This document shows, piece by piece, positions 47,286 to 57,004 of a DNA stretch of 64,000 bases. Numbering within the stretch: the stretch's first letter is position 1; every line of letters starts with the position of its first letter. The notes beneath the pieces are model-generated. The model made no database searches. It worked only from the letters and a program-made list of their open reading frames with translations, and had not been told where the DNA came from. Position numbers and translations under genes: made by a program. Source of the DNA: a virus; the IMG/VR virus record IMGVR_UViG_3300042868_003730, positions 64,001 through 128,000 of that record; one strand, 5' to 3'.

Positions 47286-49238
47286 ATGGCGATTCAATTA
47301 TCCCCGTCTGTAGTGGTTCAAGAACGAGATCTAACGAACGTAATTCCCGCAGTTTCTGCTTCTGCTGGCGCGACGGTCATTGATGCTGTCTGGGGTCCAG
47401 TACTAGAAGTAACGACTGTAGACTCAGAAAACGCACTCGCAGCTCAGTTCGGTAAGCCAAATGCAGGTAATGCAGCCAGCTGGTTTACTGCAGCTAACTT
47501 CCTGTCGTACGCAGACAACCTTAAAGTTGTTCGTACTGATACCTCGGGTCAAAGAAATGCTGTTGCAGCTACAACCGGAACAGTTGATTCTTTCACTATT
47601 ACGCCCGGAAGTGGTTATACGCTTGCTCCTACATTAGCCTTTGCTGCCCCTCCTGCTGGCGGAATTCAGGCTACTGCAGTTGCCGAAGTAACAGCTGGCG
47701 CCATTACTGCAGTCAGAATCATTAATCCAGGTGCTGGTTATCTTTCTGCCCCTGCAGTGACACTTACAGTAGTTAGTGGCGGTGCGGGTGGTGCTGTTAC
47801 TGCTATTCTGAATACGACTAGTGGTGTTAAATTAAATAACGAAACAGATTATGACTCTATTTATTCAGCTGGTGATAAGCCAGTTGGACAATGGGTAGCG
47901 AAATATCCAGGTCTTCTTGGCAACAGCCTTAAAGTCGTGATGGCTGATGCGTCACAATGGGCTGGTTGGGCTTCACTTGGGTATCAAAGTTATTTCTCAG
48001 CTGCTCCAGGAACAAGTACTTATGCATCTTCACGCGGCGGTAGCGGTGATGAAATTCATATTATTGTTATTGATGAAGACGGAAGATTCACTGGAACACA
48101 GAATACCGTTCTTGAGACATACGCTTTCCTTTCTAAAGCATCAGATGCGAAGAAGGAAGATGGATCGACTGCTTATTATAAAAATGCTATCAATACGCAA
48201 TCCGCGTATATTTGGTGGGCCAATCACCCAGCAGGAATGACAGGTCCAAATTGGGGACTTTCTGCTGAGGGTCGATCATTCTCATCCCTTGCTAGTGCAA
48301 ATTCGTTTTCATTAGCTGGTGGTTTAGATGATACCGCAAGCACAAATGCACAAGAAATTGCTGCTTTCAACTTGTTCGCTGATAGTGAATCGCTTGACGT
48401 TAACCTGCTTATGTGCGCCAAGGCTGACACGACTCTTGCTAACCACGTAATTCAAAATATTGCTGAAGTTAGAAAAGATTGCGTCGCTTTCGTTTCTCCA
48501 CAGAACATTAACGGTGGTGACCCTCTAATTGGGGATACTTCTGCTATTGCTGCTTCGATTATTGCTTACCGTAATGTCATCACTTCTAGCTCTTACGCTG
48601 TTATTGACTCTGGTTACAAGTATCAATATGACCGTTACAATGACGAGTACCGTTGGGTTCCACTGAACGGCGACATTGCTGGTCTTTGCGCTCGCACGGA
48701 CTTCACCAATGATCCTTGGTTCAGCCCAGCTGGTCTAAATCGTGGTCAGATTAAGAATGTTGTTAAGTTGGCATTCAACCCACGCAAGACTGATCGTGAC
48801 AATCTTTACAATAATGGAGTCAACCCAGTAGCATCATTCCCAGGTCAAGGTGTTGTTCTGTTTGGTGATAAGACTGCATTGGCCAAACCAAGCGCATTCG
48901 ATCGAATCAACGTTCGCCGTCTGTTCATTACGCTTGAGAAGGCAATCTCTACTGCTGCTAAGTATCAGTTGTTTGAGTTCAATGATGGATTTACTCGTGC
49001 TCAGTTCAAGAATATCGTTGAACCTTTCCTGCGTGATGTTAAGGGGCGTCGTGGTATTACTGAATTCTTGGTTGTGTGTGATGACACTAACAACACTAGC
49101 GAAGTTATCGACACGAATCGCTTTGTTGCTGATATCTATATCAAGCCAGCGCGTAGCATCAACTTCATCCAGTTGAATTTCATCGCGACGCGCACTGGTG
49201 CATCTTTCAATGAAATCGCTGGCGGTTCAGCTGCTTAA
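47286..49238 (+). CDS. gp18: tail sheath protein (gp18)
   Basis: QLSPSVVVQERDLT, RKDCVAFVSP, PWFSPAGLNRG, FDRINVRRLF, FEFND.FTR, IYIKPARSINFI.LNF.ATRTG. Confidence 0.98.
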   Translation: MAIQLSPSVVVQERDLTNVIPAVSASAGATVIDAVWGPVLEVTTVDSENALAAQFGKPNAGNAASWFTAANFLSYADNLKVVRTDTSGQRNAVAATTGTVDSFTITPGSGYTLAPTLAFAAPPAGGIQATAVAEVTAGAITAVRIINPGAGYLSAPAVTLTVVSGGAGGAVTAILNTTSGVKLNNETDYDSIYSAGDKPVGQWVAKYPGLLGNSLKVVMADASQWAGWASLGYQSYFSAAPGTSTYASSRGGSGDEIHIIVIDEDGRFTGTQNTVLETYAFLSKASDAKKEDGSTAYYKNAINTQSAYIWWANHPAGMTGPNWGLSAEGRSFSSLASANSFSLAGGLDDTASTNAQEIAAFNLFADSESLDVNLLMCAKADTTLANHVIQNIAEVRKDCVAFVSPQNINGGDPLIGDTSAIAASIIAYRNVITSSSYAVIDSGYKYQYDRYNDEYRWVPLNGDIAGLCARTDFTNDPWFSPAGLNRGQIKNVVKLAFNPRKTDRDNLYNNGVNPVASFPGQGVVLFGDKTALAKPSAFDRINVRRLFITLEKAISTAAKYQLFEFNDGFTRAQFKNIVEPFLRDVKGRRGITEFLVVCDDTNNTSEVIDTNRFVADIYIKPARSINFIQLNFIATRTGASFNEIAGGSAA

Positions 49239-49243
49239 TTTAC

Positions 49244-49270
49244 AGGGGGAGTAAAATCCCCCTCTAAATA
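49244..49270 (+). promoter_or_regulatory. hairpin after gp18 abutting late promoter CTAAATA for gp19
   Basis: AGGGGGA-GTAAAA-TCCCCCT with no U-tract, then CTAAATA at 49264-49270. Confidence 0.65.
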
Positions 49271-49296
49271 ACTTATTAGAATAAAGGAAACATATC

Positions 49297-49836
49297 GTGG
49301 CAGATATCTCGCAATTTAAAGCCCAGATGATTCAAGGCGGAGCACGTGCTAACCAGTTCCGCGTTGAAATCACATTCCCAACTTTTGTGCAGAATGGTGG
49401 TCTGGCTGGTCAGAAACTACAGTTCTTAGCAAAATCATCGACTCTTCCGCAATCTTCTGTGTCAGATGTTGCTGTTATGTATCGTGGTCGCCCAGTGCAC
49501 TTTGCAGGTGAACGCGAATTCCAGCCTTGGGGCATCGAAGTATACAATGATAACGACTTCGTTATCCGAAATGCATTCGAGGCATGGATTGATAGCATCC
49601 AGAACGCAGAAAACACAAATGGTATTCAACAACCTGGTCTGTATCAAGTAGACATGAGCGTAATCCAATTGGATCGTTCAGACCGTGAAGTTAAGCGCTA
49701 CAGATTCGTTGATGCATATCCAACAGAAGTTGGCTCTATTGCTCTTGATTGGGAAACCAACAATCAGATCGAAGTTTTCCCAGTGACTTTCCAGTATAAT
49801 TATTTTACAAGCCCAACGTCCCAGGGCGTTCTATAA
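49297..49836 (+). CDS. gp19: tail tube protein (gp19)
   Basis: GGARANQFRV, LP.S....V.V.YRGR...FAGEREF..W...VYND.DF.IR.AFE.W, QLDR, AYPT.VG.I.LDW. Confidence 0.97.
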   Translation: MADISQFKAQMIQGGARANQFRVEITFPTFVQNGGLAGQKLQFLAKSSTLPQSSVSDVAVMYRGRPVHFAGEREFQPWGIEVYNDNDFVIRNAFEAWIDSIQNAENTNGIQQPGLYQVDMSVIQLDRSDREVKRYRFVDAYPTEVGSIALDWETNNQIEVFPVTFQYNYFTSPTSQGVL

Positions 49837-49851
49837 TTTATTGGTTGATTC

Positions 49852-51369
49852 ATGGAACTTAACGTATTTGGTTTTAATATTAAACGACAGAAGGGTGACG
49901 ATCAACCGATCCCTTCTGTCGTTGCACCCAATCAAGATGATGGTGCTCTTATTGTCGGCTCCGATGGGGCTAATTATTATGGATACGCGTATAACCCATT
50001 AGGTGATGTAAAGACGGAGAATGATCTTCTTCGTCGCTATAGAGAAGTATCGGCATTTGCTGAGGTCGATCAGGCGATTAATGAGATTACTGATGAGGCT
50101 ATCGTCTTTGATGACGAGAAGTATCCAGTTCGCCTGCAGTTAGATGATCTAAAAGTCCCAGAAACAATCAAGAAGAAATTTAATGAATGTTTCGAAGAGA
50201 TTCTACAACTTCTAAAGTTCGATGACCGTGGTCATGATATCTTCCGTAGCTGGTACATTGATGGTAAAGTCTACTATCATATTATGTTTGATGGTGAGAA
50301 CTTCAAAGATGGTATTGCGGAAGTTCGATATATTGACCCACGAAAGATCAAGAAGATCAAGAACGTCAAGAAGGGTCGGATGGCCAATGGCGTTGAGGTA
50401 GTCACAGAGGTAGAAGAATACTATCTGTATAATGACAAAGGTATTGACGACAAGACCACGCAAGGTGTTCGTCTCACGAAAGACTCTGTTGTTCTGTGTA
50501 CCAGTGGTTTAGTTGATCCAAATAATAGTTTAGTTCTCTCTCATCTACAGAAGGCTATTAAACCAGCCAATCAGCTGAAGATGGTCGAGGATTCATTGGT
50601 TATCTATAGAATGACTCGCGCACCTGAGCGCAGAATCTTCTATGTTGACGTTGGTAATTTACCAAAGGGTAAAGCAGAACAGTACGTCAATGAGATTATG
50701 AACAAGTTCAAGAATAAACTTGTTTATGATGCAACTACTGGTGAGATTGCTGACTCCAAGCGTCATATGTCTATGATGGAAGATTTCTGGATGCCACGTC
50801 GTGAAGGCGGGAAGGGCACAGAGATTACTACTCTGGCAGGTGGTCAGAATCTATCACAGATCGAAGACATTGAGTATTTCAGAGACAAATTACTTCGTTC
50901 ATTGAATGTACCTATTGGTAGGCTAAAGCCAGACCAGACATTCAACATTGGTCGTAGTAATGAAATTACTCGCGATGAGTTGAAGTTTATGAAGTTCGTA
51001 AAGAGACTTCGTTCAAAATTCAACCAATTGTTTATGGATCTGTTGAAGGTTCAGCTCGTTTCTAAGGGTGTTATTAGGCACGAAGAATGGCCAGACATCT
51101 CCAATAAGATTATGTTGGATTACCTTCGCGATAATCAATTCGCGGAGATGAAGGATGCTGATCTGCTGAACGCAAGAATCGCAACTCTCCAGCAAATTGA
51201 TCAGTATGTTGGTAAATACTACTCGAAGGAATGGGTCAGAAAGAACGTTCTTCGATTAACCGATGAAGATATTAAAGATATTGATAAACAAATTGAAGAG
51301 GAAGCACCTGCAGCTGAGGAAGAAGCAGCTGCAGCAATGACACCTCCACCACAAGGAGATATGAGATGA
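49852..51369 (+). CDS. gp20: portal protein (gp20)
   Basis: FRSWYIDG, YIDPRKI, KAIKPANQLKMVEDSLVIYRMTRAPERRIFYVDVGNLP, EDFWMPRREGGKGTEITTL.GGQNL. Confidence 0.98.
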   Translation: MELNVFGFNIKRQKGDDQPIPSVVAPNQDDGALIVGSDGANYYGYAYNPLGDVKTENDLLRRYREVSAFAEVDQAINEITDEAIVFDDEKYPVRLQLDDLKVPETIKKKFNECFEEILQLLKFDDRGHDIFRSWYIDGKVYYHIMFDGENFKDGIAEVRYIDPRKIKKIKNVKKGRMANGVEVVTEVEEYYLYNDKGIDDKTTQGVRLTKDSVVLCTSGLVDPNNSLVLSHLQKAIKPANQLKMVEDSLVIYRMTRAPERRIFYVDVGNLPKGKAEQYVNEIMNKFKNKLVYDATTGEIADSKRHMSMMEDFWMPRREGGKGTEITTLAGGQNLSQIEDIEYFRDKLLRSLNVPIGRLKPDQTFNIGRSNEITRDELKFMKFVKRLRSKFNQLFMDLLKVQLVSKGVIRHEEWPDISNKIMLDYLRDNQFAEMKDADLLNARIATLQQIDQYVGKYYSKEWVRKNVLRLTDEDIKDIDKQIEEEAPAAEEEAAAAMTPPPQGDMR

Positions 51370-51545
51370 GTGAGAGTCTAGTTAATCTAATTGATGCTAT
51401 TCAGAATGGCAAGTCCCTGGATATTGAACAGAATTTCAATCAAGCAATGGCAGAGAAGTTACATTCTGCCATTGATCAACGTAGAGAAGAACTCAGCAGA
51501 AACCTGTTGACTACTCCTGTTGATGAAGTAGAAGAGATCGAATAA
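51366..51545 (+). CDS. prohead core protein (gp67-like)
   Basis: Not in the ORF track (59 aa): MSESLVNLIDAIQNGKSLDIEQNFNQAMAEKLHSAIDQRREELSRNLL...; overlaps the gp20 stop (ATGA) at the T4 gp67 position. Confidence 0.7.
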   Translation: MSESLVNLIDAIQNGKSLDIEQNFNQAMAEKLHSAIDQRREELSRNLLTTPVDEVEEIE

Positions 51546-51549
51546 TCAA

Positions 51550-52062
51550 ATGAAGTTTGACTCACTAAGAACCGAGATACTGCCTGTGCAAGAATCATCA
51601 TTTTTTATTGATGGTAATGTATGCGCGAACATCGAAGGTTCTTGGTATCTGAATGAAGAACAAGTTTATGTTGATTCTTTTGACGATGCAGTTTCAGTTA
51701 TCAAAGAAAAAATTGAGAACAATAAAGAGAAGTATAATTCGCTAATTGACGAATCTTATTCTGTTGGACAGGCAATAAAAATAGTAAGAAAATACAGCAA
51801 TAAAGTATCTCAGACAATATTGGAAAACTGCATTGAAACTGCATCGTCAAAACAATTAACAAATGATCCAGCAGTATTGGAATTACGATTAGAAGATACT
51901 AATTTGATCGCTGATAAATATATGTTCATTCTAGACAATAAAGATGCAGTTGCTTTAAGTAGCTCTGATTTATTGATGCTAGAAAAGTTCGATGATGAAT
52001 TGCTTCAGTATGGAAAGCAATCTGCTGAAAACCTAAAACAAATTCTTAGAGGTATATACTAA
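51550..52062 (+). CDS. hypothetical head-region protein (gp68 position)
   Basis: Position between the gp67-like gene and gp21; acidic. No clear motif. Confidence 0.5.
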   Translation: MKFDSLRTEILPVQESSFFIDGNVCANIEGSWYLNEEQVYVDSFDDAVSVIKEKIENNKEKYNSLIDESYSVGQAIKIVRKYSNKVSQTILENCIETASSKQLTNDPAVLELRLEDTNLIADKYMFILDNKDAVALSSSDLLMLEKFDDELLQYGKQSAENLKQILRGIY

Positions 52063-52466
52063 TGGCAAAGACCATCATGAAACTAACCGAGACATCGGCT
52101 ATCGTCAAGATTTCTGGCACAGGAGCGGAAACAATTACGCTAAACACAGATCTTCTATCGACGACACAGACTGTCAGTGGTACTCCTAAGGTAGGTATTG
52201 GCTATTTGACTTGGACTACTGGTGAAAATATCGTAATCGCCAGAAATGGCGTGACTGTTTATACCTTGTTTACAAATACTGGTGAGTTTGATCTTTCCGG
52301 TAATGGTGGAATGTTAGATATTATTCAAGGAACTTCAAACTTGGTAGTAACGATTACTGGAGATGGCGTAATTTTCCTCACTCTTCGAAAGATTGAGGGA
52401 TATGCTTCGAAGATTGAGCCAGAGAAGTTCGGTAGTTACGATAACCCTGCTGTTGTAGGATCATAA
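52062..52466 (+). CDS. hypothetical virion protein
   Basis: Beta-rich 134-aa ORF in the head operon, translationally coupled to its neighbours. Confidence 0.55.
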   Translation: MAKTIMKLTETSAIVKISGTGAETITLNTDLLSTTQTVSGTPKVGIGYLTWTTGENIVIARNGVTVYTLFTNTGEFDLSGNGGMLDIIQGTSNLVVTITGDGVIFLTLRKIEGYASKIEPEKFGSYDNPAVVGS

Positions 52467-52467
52467 A

Positions 52468-53100
52468 ATGAAGTTCCTTAGAGAATCAGTCAATACCAGT
52501 GATATTAGAGTTATCACTGAAGGCATCCAGAAAGATCTATTCATTGAAGGCATCTTTGCGCAAGCAGAAACAAAGAATAGAAATGGCAGAGTATATCCAC
52601 AGAAGATCATGGAATCTGCTGTTAAGACTTATGTCAATGAATATGTTTCTTCCAATCGTGCACTTGGTGAATTATCTCACCCAGAGAATCGCCCAACAGT
52701 AAAGCCAGAATTAGCAAGCCACCTTGTTACTGAATTCCGTATGGATGGTAATAATGTTATGGGTAAGGCGAAGGTACTCAACACACCACAGGGACAGATC
52801 GTTAAGGGTTTGCTTGAGGGTGGAGTGAAACTTGGCGTATCTACTCGTGGTCTTGGATCAGTCACTGAGAGAGCTGGGTCGACGTATGTTGGTGATGACT
52901 ATACGTTAATGGCAGTGGATGTGGTATCTGATCCATCTGGTATTGATTGCTGGGTTAACGCAATCAATGAGAGTCAAGATTGGACGATCACTGATGACGG
53001 AAGAATCGTCGAAGCGATCAGAAAAGAATTGAAGAAGCAGAAACTAACTGAAGACAAGGCTTTGGCTATGTTCAGTAAGTTTTTACGCGATATCAAATAA
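52468..53100 (+). CDS. gp21: prohead protease (gp21)
   Basis: FIEGIFAQAE.KNRNGRVYP, RALGELSHP, G.KLGVSTRGLGS, VDVVSDPS. Confidence 0.97.
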   Translation: MKFLRESVNTSDIRVITEGIQKDLFIEGIFAQAETKNRNGRVYPQKIMESAVKTYVNEYVSSNRALGELSHPENRPTVKPELASHLVTEFRMDGNNVMGKAKVLNTPQGQIVKGLLEGGVKLGVSTRGLGSVTERAGSTYVGDDYTLMAVDVVSDPSGIDCWVNAINESQDWTITDDGRIVEAIRKELKKQKLTEDKALAMFSKFLRDIK

Positions 53101-53141
53101 TCGTTGATGGAAATAGCCCAAGAGGCAAAAATTCTTAAACA

Positions 53142-53148
53142 CTAAATA
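53142..53148 (+). promoter_or_regulatory. late promoter CTAAATA
   Basis: Intergenic, before gp22-gp23. Confidence 0.75.
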
Positions 53149-53172
53149 ATATATAACACAAAGGATATTAAC

Positions 53173-54018
53173 ATGTCTATTGAACAAAAAATTGCACAAC
53201 TGATGGAACAGGCTAAACAGCTCGAGTCATCGGATGAAGTTGTTTCTATTGAAGAAGAAACAACTGAAGAAGTCATTGCTGAAGAAAACAAAGAACAAGT
53301 TCAGAAGATCGACCTTGGTACTCTTTTTGAAGGTGAAGAGTTCTCGGTAGAATTTAAGTCTAAGGCAGCTGAGTTATTTGAAGCTGCAGTAGAAGCTCGT
53401 ATCAAGCAAGAAATTGCTCAGATCGAAGAAGAAGTTTCACAGCGTTTAGTTAATGAGAGCGCTGAGTTAAAAGAGGGTCTTGTTGATAAAGTTGATGGAT
53501 ATCTCGACTACGTAGTCGAACAGTGGATGCAAAAGAATGAGCTCGCCCTTGATCGTGGTATTAAAGTCGAAATCTTTGAAAGTTTCGTAAGCGGAATGAA
53601 GGATCTTTTTGAAACTCATTATATCGAAGTTCCAGAAGAAAAGTTTGACCTAATGGAAAGTGTCGACGCAAAAGCAAAAACTCTTGAAGAACAAGTAGAT
53701 TTTCTTACTGCACAAAACGTTGAATTACAGCAGAAGTTTAAGTTAGTCGCAAAAGAAAGACAAATCGAAGAAGCTGCTAAAGAGCTGACCGATTTGGAAG
53801 CAGAGCGATTCAAACAACTCGCTGAAGAATTGGCGTATGATGATGAAGAATCATTCGGAAAGAAATTAGAACTCGTAAAAGAGAACTATATTTCGAAGTC
53901 AAAACAAGTGAAGGCAGTTGTTGAGTCAGTGGTAACTGATTCGCCTGTTGAACTTAATGAAGAAAAGCAAATCGATGCATCGATGGCGCGTTATATGCAT
54001 GCCTTCAAAGCACGATAA
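53173..54018 (+). CDS. gp22: prohead core scaffold (gp22)
   Basis: EFK.KA...FEAAV, KVD.YLDYVVEQWM..NELA...GI..EI.ESF..GMK.LF..HYIEVPEEK.D. Confidence 0.95.
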   Translation: MSIEQKIAQLMEQAKQLESSDEVVSIEEETTEEVIAEENKEQVQKIDLGTLFEGEEFSVEFKSKAAELFEAAVEARIKQEIAQIEEEVSQRLVNESAELKEGLVDKVDGYLDYVVEQWMQKNELALDRGIKVEIFESFVSGMKDLFETHYIEVPEEKFDLMESVDAKAKTLEEQVDFLTAQNVELQQKFKLVAKERQIEEAAKELTDLEAERFKQLAEELAYDDEESFGKKLELVKENYISKSKQVKAVVESVVTDSPVELNEEKQIDASMARYMHAFKAR

Positions 54019-54045
54019 TCAACTATTATCAAAAAGGAAATAAAA

Positions 54046-55383
54046 ATGGAACAATCTCGTCCTGATCTAGTTAAGAAGTGGGCTCCTATTCTTGAGCACG
54101 CTGATCTTCCACAAATCAAAGATAACTACCGCAAGGAAGTTACTGCTGTTCTTCTTGAGAACCAAGAACGTGCTCAGCGCGAAGAGCGTCGTGCCCTGTT
54201 CGAAGACATTCCAAACGGATCGGCTGTTAGCGGTACATTCATGCCTGACAGTGGTGGTGTTGCTAAGTTTGACCCAGTTCTGATTAGCCTGGTTCGCCGT
54301 GCTATGCCAGCAATGGTCGCTTATGACATGTGCGGCGTTCAGCCAATGACCCAGCCTACAGGTCTGATCTTCGCAATGAAGTCAACCTATATGACAAGTG
54401 CTGGTGTTCGTGGTTCAGAAGCTCTGTTCAACGAAGCTGACACTGGTTACTCGGGTGTTGCTGCTGGTGGTACTGCTGGTACTTCCAACACTGGTGCTGC
54501 TCAGTCTGCACTGAATGGTTCTACAACTCCGATCACATCGGGTACTGCTTTCCCAACGGCAACTGCTGAAAACCAAACTGGTACTGGTACTGGTACTACC
54601 CAGCAAAATAACGGCGCTGGTTTCAACCAGATGGGATTCACAATCGAAAAGACTTCAGTTACTGCGCAATCGCGTGCTCTGAAGGCTGAGTACTCTGTTG
54701 AACTCGCACAGGACTTGAAGTCGGTTCACGGTCTTGACGCTGAAGCCGAGCTGAGCAACATCCTTTCGCAAGAAATCCTGGCTGAAATTAACCGCGAAGT
54801 TATTCGTACGGTTTACAACTCAGCTAAAGTTGGTGCTCAAGTCGGTACTGCTACTGCTGGTATTTTCGACCTTGACGTTGACTCGAATGGTCGTTGGTCA
54901 GTTGAGAAGTTCAAGGGTCTGATGTTCCAAATCGAACGCGAAGCAAATGCAATTTACCAAACGACACGTCGTGGTCGCGGTAACTTCATCGTTTGCTCAG
55001 CTGACGTTGCTTCGGCTCTGGCAATGGCTGGTGTTCTTGACTACGCTCCTGCGCTGTCAACGAACCTGAACGTTGACGAAGCAAGCAACACGTTTGCTGG
55101 TGTTCTGAATGGTAAGTACAAAGTGTATGTTGATCCATATGCTGCTAACCAATCAGCTGACCAATTCCTGTTGGTTGGTTACAAGGGTTCATCGGCATTC
55201 GACGCTGGTATCTTCTACTGCCCATACGTTCCGCTGCAACTGTACCGCGCTACAGACCCAGCAACGTTCCAGCCGAAGATCGCTTTCCGTACTCGCTACG
55301 GTATCGTTGCTAATCCGTTCACGGCTCTGACCGCTGGCGACAACATCTACTTCCGCAAGGTTCGCGTTCAGAACCTGATGTAA
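54046..55383 (+). CDS. gp23: major capsid protein (gp23)
   Basis: KWAPILEH, FDPVLISLVRRAMP, GVQPM..PTGLIFAM, SRALKAEYS.ELAQDLK.VHGLDAE.EL.NIL, GRWSVEKFKGL, FYCPYVPLQ, FQPKIAF.TRYG. Confidence 0.99.
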   Translation: MEQSRPDLVKKWAPILEHADLPQIKDNYRKEVTAVLLENQERAQREERRALFEDIPNGSAVSGTFMPDSGGVAKFDPVLISLVRRAMPAMVAYDMCGVQPMTQPTGLIFAMKSTYMTSAGVRGSEALFNEADTGYSGVAAGGTAGTSNTGAAQSALNGSTTPITSGTAFPTATAENQTGTGTGTTQQNNGAGFNQMGFTIEKTSVTAQSRALKAEYSVELAQDLKSVHGLDAEAELSNILSQEILAEINREVIRTVYNSAKVGAQVGTATAGIFDLDVDSNGRWSVEKFKGLMFQIEREANAIYQTTRRGRGNFIVCSADVASALAMAGVLDYAPALSTNLNVDEASNTFAGVLNGKYKVYVDPYAANQSADQFLLVGYKGSSAFDAGIFYCPYVPLQLYRATDPATFQPKIAFRTRYGIVANPFTALTAGDNIYFRKVRVQNLM

Positions 55384-55404
55384 TCGGAAACGATGTAGTA
55401 AACC

Positions 55405-55428
55405 AAAAGGGAGCTTCGGCTCCCTTTT
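55405..55428 (+). terminator. intrinsic terminator after gp23
   Basis: AAAAGGGAGC-TTCG-GCTCCCTTTT. Confidence 0.92.
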
Positions 55429-55435
55429 CAGTTGT

Positions 55436-55442
55436 CTAAATA
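55436..55442 (+). promoter_or_regulatory. late promoter CTAAATA for the post-capsid operon
   Basis: Directly after the gp23 terminator, about 30 nt before ORF 55474. Confidence 0.75.
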
Positions 55443-55473
55443 ATGGTATTGATATATTTTTACAGAGGGCAAT

Positions 55474-57003
55474 ATGTCACAGTTAAACGAAGCAATTAGA
55501 CAAAAAGATTTCGGAAGAGCAACTGGGCTTGTTCTTAAGTATCTCCGTAAGAAAATCGGAAACAAAGTATATCTGTATCCAGTTCCAGAAAAGTTCATTC
55601 CATCTGGTGGAAGTGCAATGACTGGAATTCGTTTCTTCCTAGAATCAAATAAATCTATTCGATTTAACTGGAAGACAACTATTGATACATCAAATGGTCT
55701 GCTATCAATGGATTATTGGGATGGGTCAAAACTCCCACAACCAAACCCAAGTGAGCACATCAAATTCGATGAAGCGCAATCTCTGGTAAAAGTATTACCA
55801 TTTGTCGTTGAGTTCTTGGAAGGTAAAGTAGATAAGTCTGGTGTCTATGTCACTGAAGATGTTTCTGCTGAATTTAATCTGGTGCTTGATTTTCGTACAG
55901 ACCTAACTGAAGCAACTTATACATCAGGCGAACTCGCAAAGACTATTTCGAATGTTATCAATGCATTCAAGAGCAATATTCAAATTGCTGACCAGTATAA
56001 GAATGGCGGGAATAAAAAGTATGGTCCGCGCTGGGAACAAGCAATCAAAGAAATTAGAAAACAATATCCAGAATTGTTTACCAAACAAGGTGCAAAGATT
56101 AACATTGATGCTGCTAATGCATCGAAGATTGACTCATCAAAGATTCTAGCAGCAATCTCTGGTGGTGAAGACGCAGTTGCCTTTACTGTTACTGCTGGTG
56201 GCAAAGAAGAACACATCGTTGATGGCGCAAGCGAAGCTGACATCGATCGCATGACGTATGAAGAGCAACTGGACTCACTGAAGTCTGGTATGAAGTTGCT
56301 TATGAGTAATGCCACAAACTCTATGTGGGTCGGTGGTCGTGGTGGTACTGGTAAGACACAGACTGTTGAAGATATGCTCCACGCTGCTGGTAAAACAGAT
56401 GGCGATGGTTACTTTAAGATTACTGGCTCAGCAACTCCAACTGGTATCTATAGAATTCTTTACACGCACCGCAAAGATATCGTTCTTTTCGATGACTCGG
56501 ACTCGGCTCTAAACGATCAAGAAGGTCGTAATCTCTTTAAGGCAGCGTCGGATACGAAGAAGGTTCGTAAAGTATCTTGGATGAAGGGTGGCAAGAACTT
56601 CGTTGATCCAGCTGACTTCGATGAAGAGGATGATAACGAAGACGTTCTACCACGTTACTTTGACTTCACAGGTAAGATTATCTTCATCTCGAATATGCCA
56701 TTGGCTAAACTAGATCCAGATGGTGCTCTGCGCACTCGTGGTTTCGTTATGAACGTTGACCCGACCAATGAAGAGATCTATGATTTTATGAATAAGATTG
56801 TTGACTTTATTCCATTGGATGTTAACTATCCATTGAGCAAAGAGTCCAGAATGGAAGTCGTTGATGTTTTGAGAGCAAGAAAGATCTCTGAGAAGAGTGC
56901 CAACCTTCGCTCGCTAGTACGTGGTCTAAACGTACGCGCTGGTATTGAATCACAGGGTGGGTCAGAAGAAGAATGGCGTCGTTTCGTCAAGATGTTTGCT
57001 TAA
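55474..57003 (+). CDS. protein with a C-terminal P-loop/AAA-type ATPase domain
   Basis: Walker A GRGGTGKT, Walker B IVLFDDSD, sensor-like KIIFISN, ALRTR arginine-finger-like motif. The N-terminal ~250 aa are unassigned. Confidence 0.8.
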   Translation: MSQLNEAIRQKDFGRATGLVLKYLRKKIGNKVYLYPVPEKFIPSGGSAMTGIRFFLESNKSIRFNWKTTIDTSNGLLSMDYWDGSKLPQPNPSEHIKFDEAQSLVKVLPFVVEFLEGKVDKSGVYVTEDVSAEFNLVLDFRTDLTEATYTSGELAKTISNVINAFKSNIQIADQYKNGGNKKYGPRWEQAIKEIRKQYPELFTKQGAKINIDAANASKIDSSKILAAISGGEDAVAFTVTAGGKEEHIVDGASEADIDRMTYEEQLDSLKSGMKLLMSNATNSMWVGGRGGTGKTQTVEDMLHAAGKTDGDGYFKITGSATPTGIYRILYTHRKDIVLFDDSDSALNDQEGRNLFKAASDTKKVRKVSWMKGGKNFVDPADFDEEDDNEDVLPRYFDFTGKIIFISNMPLAKLDPDGALRTRGFVMNVDPTNEEIYDFMNKIVDFIPLDVNYPLSKESRMEVVDVLRARKISEKSANLRSLVRGLNVRAGIESQGGSEEEWRRFVKMFA

Positions 57004-57004
57004 T

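Noticed and set aside
56945-57004. Upstream extension of the 613-aa ORF
   Set aside because: It overlaps the ATPase C-terminus; the ATG at 57005 right after the stop is more plausible.
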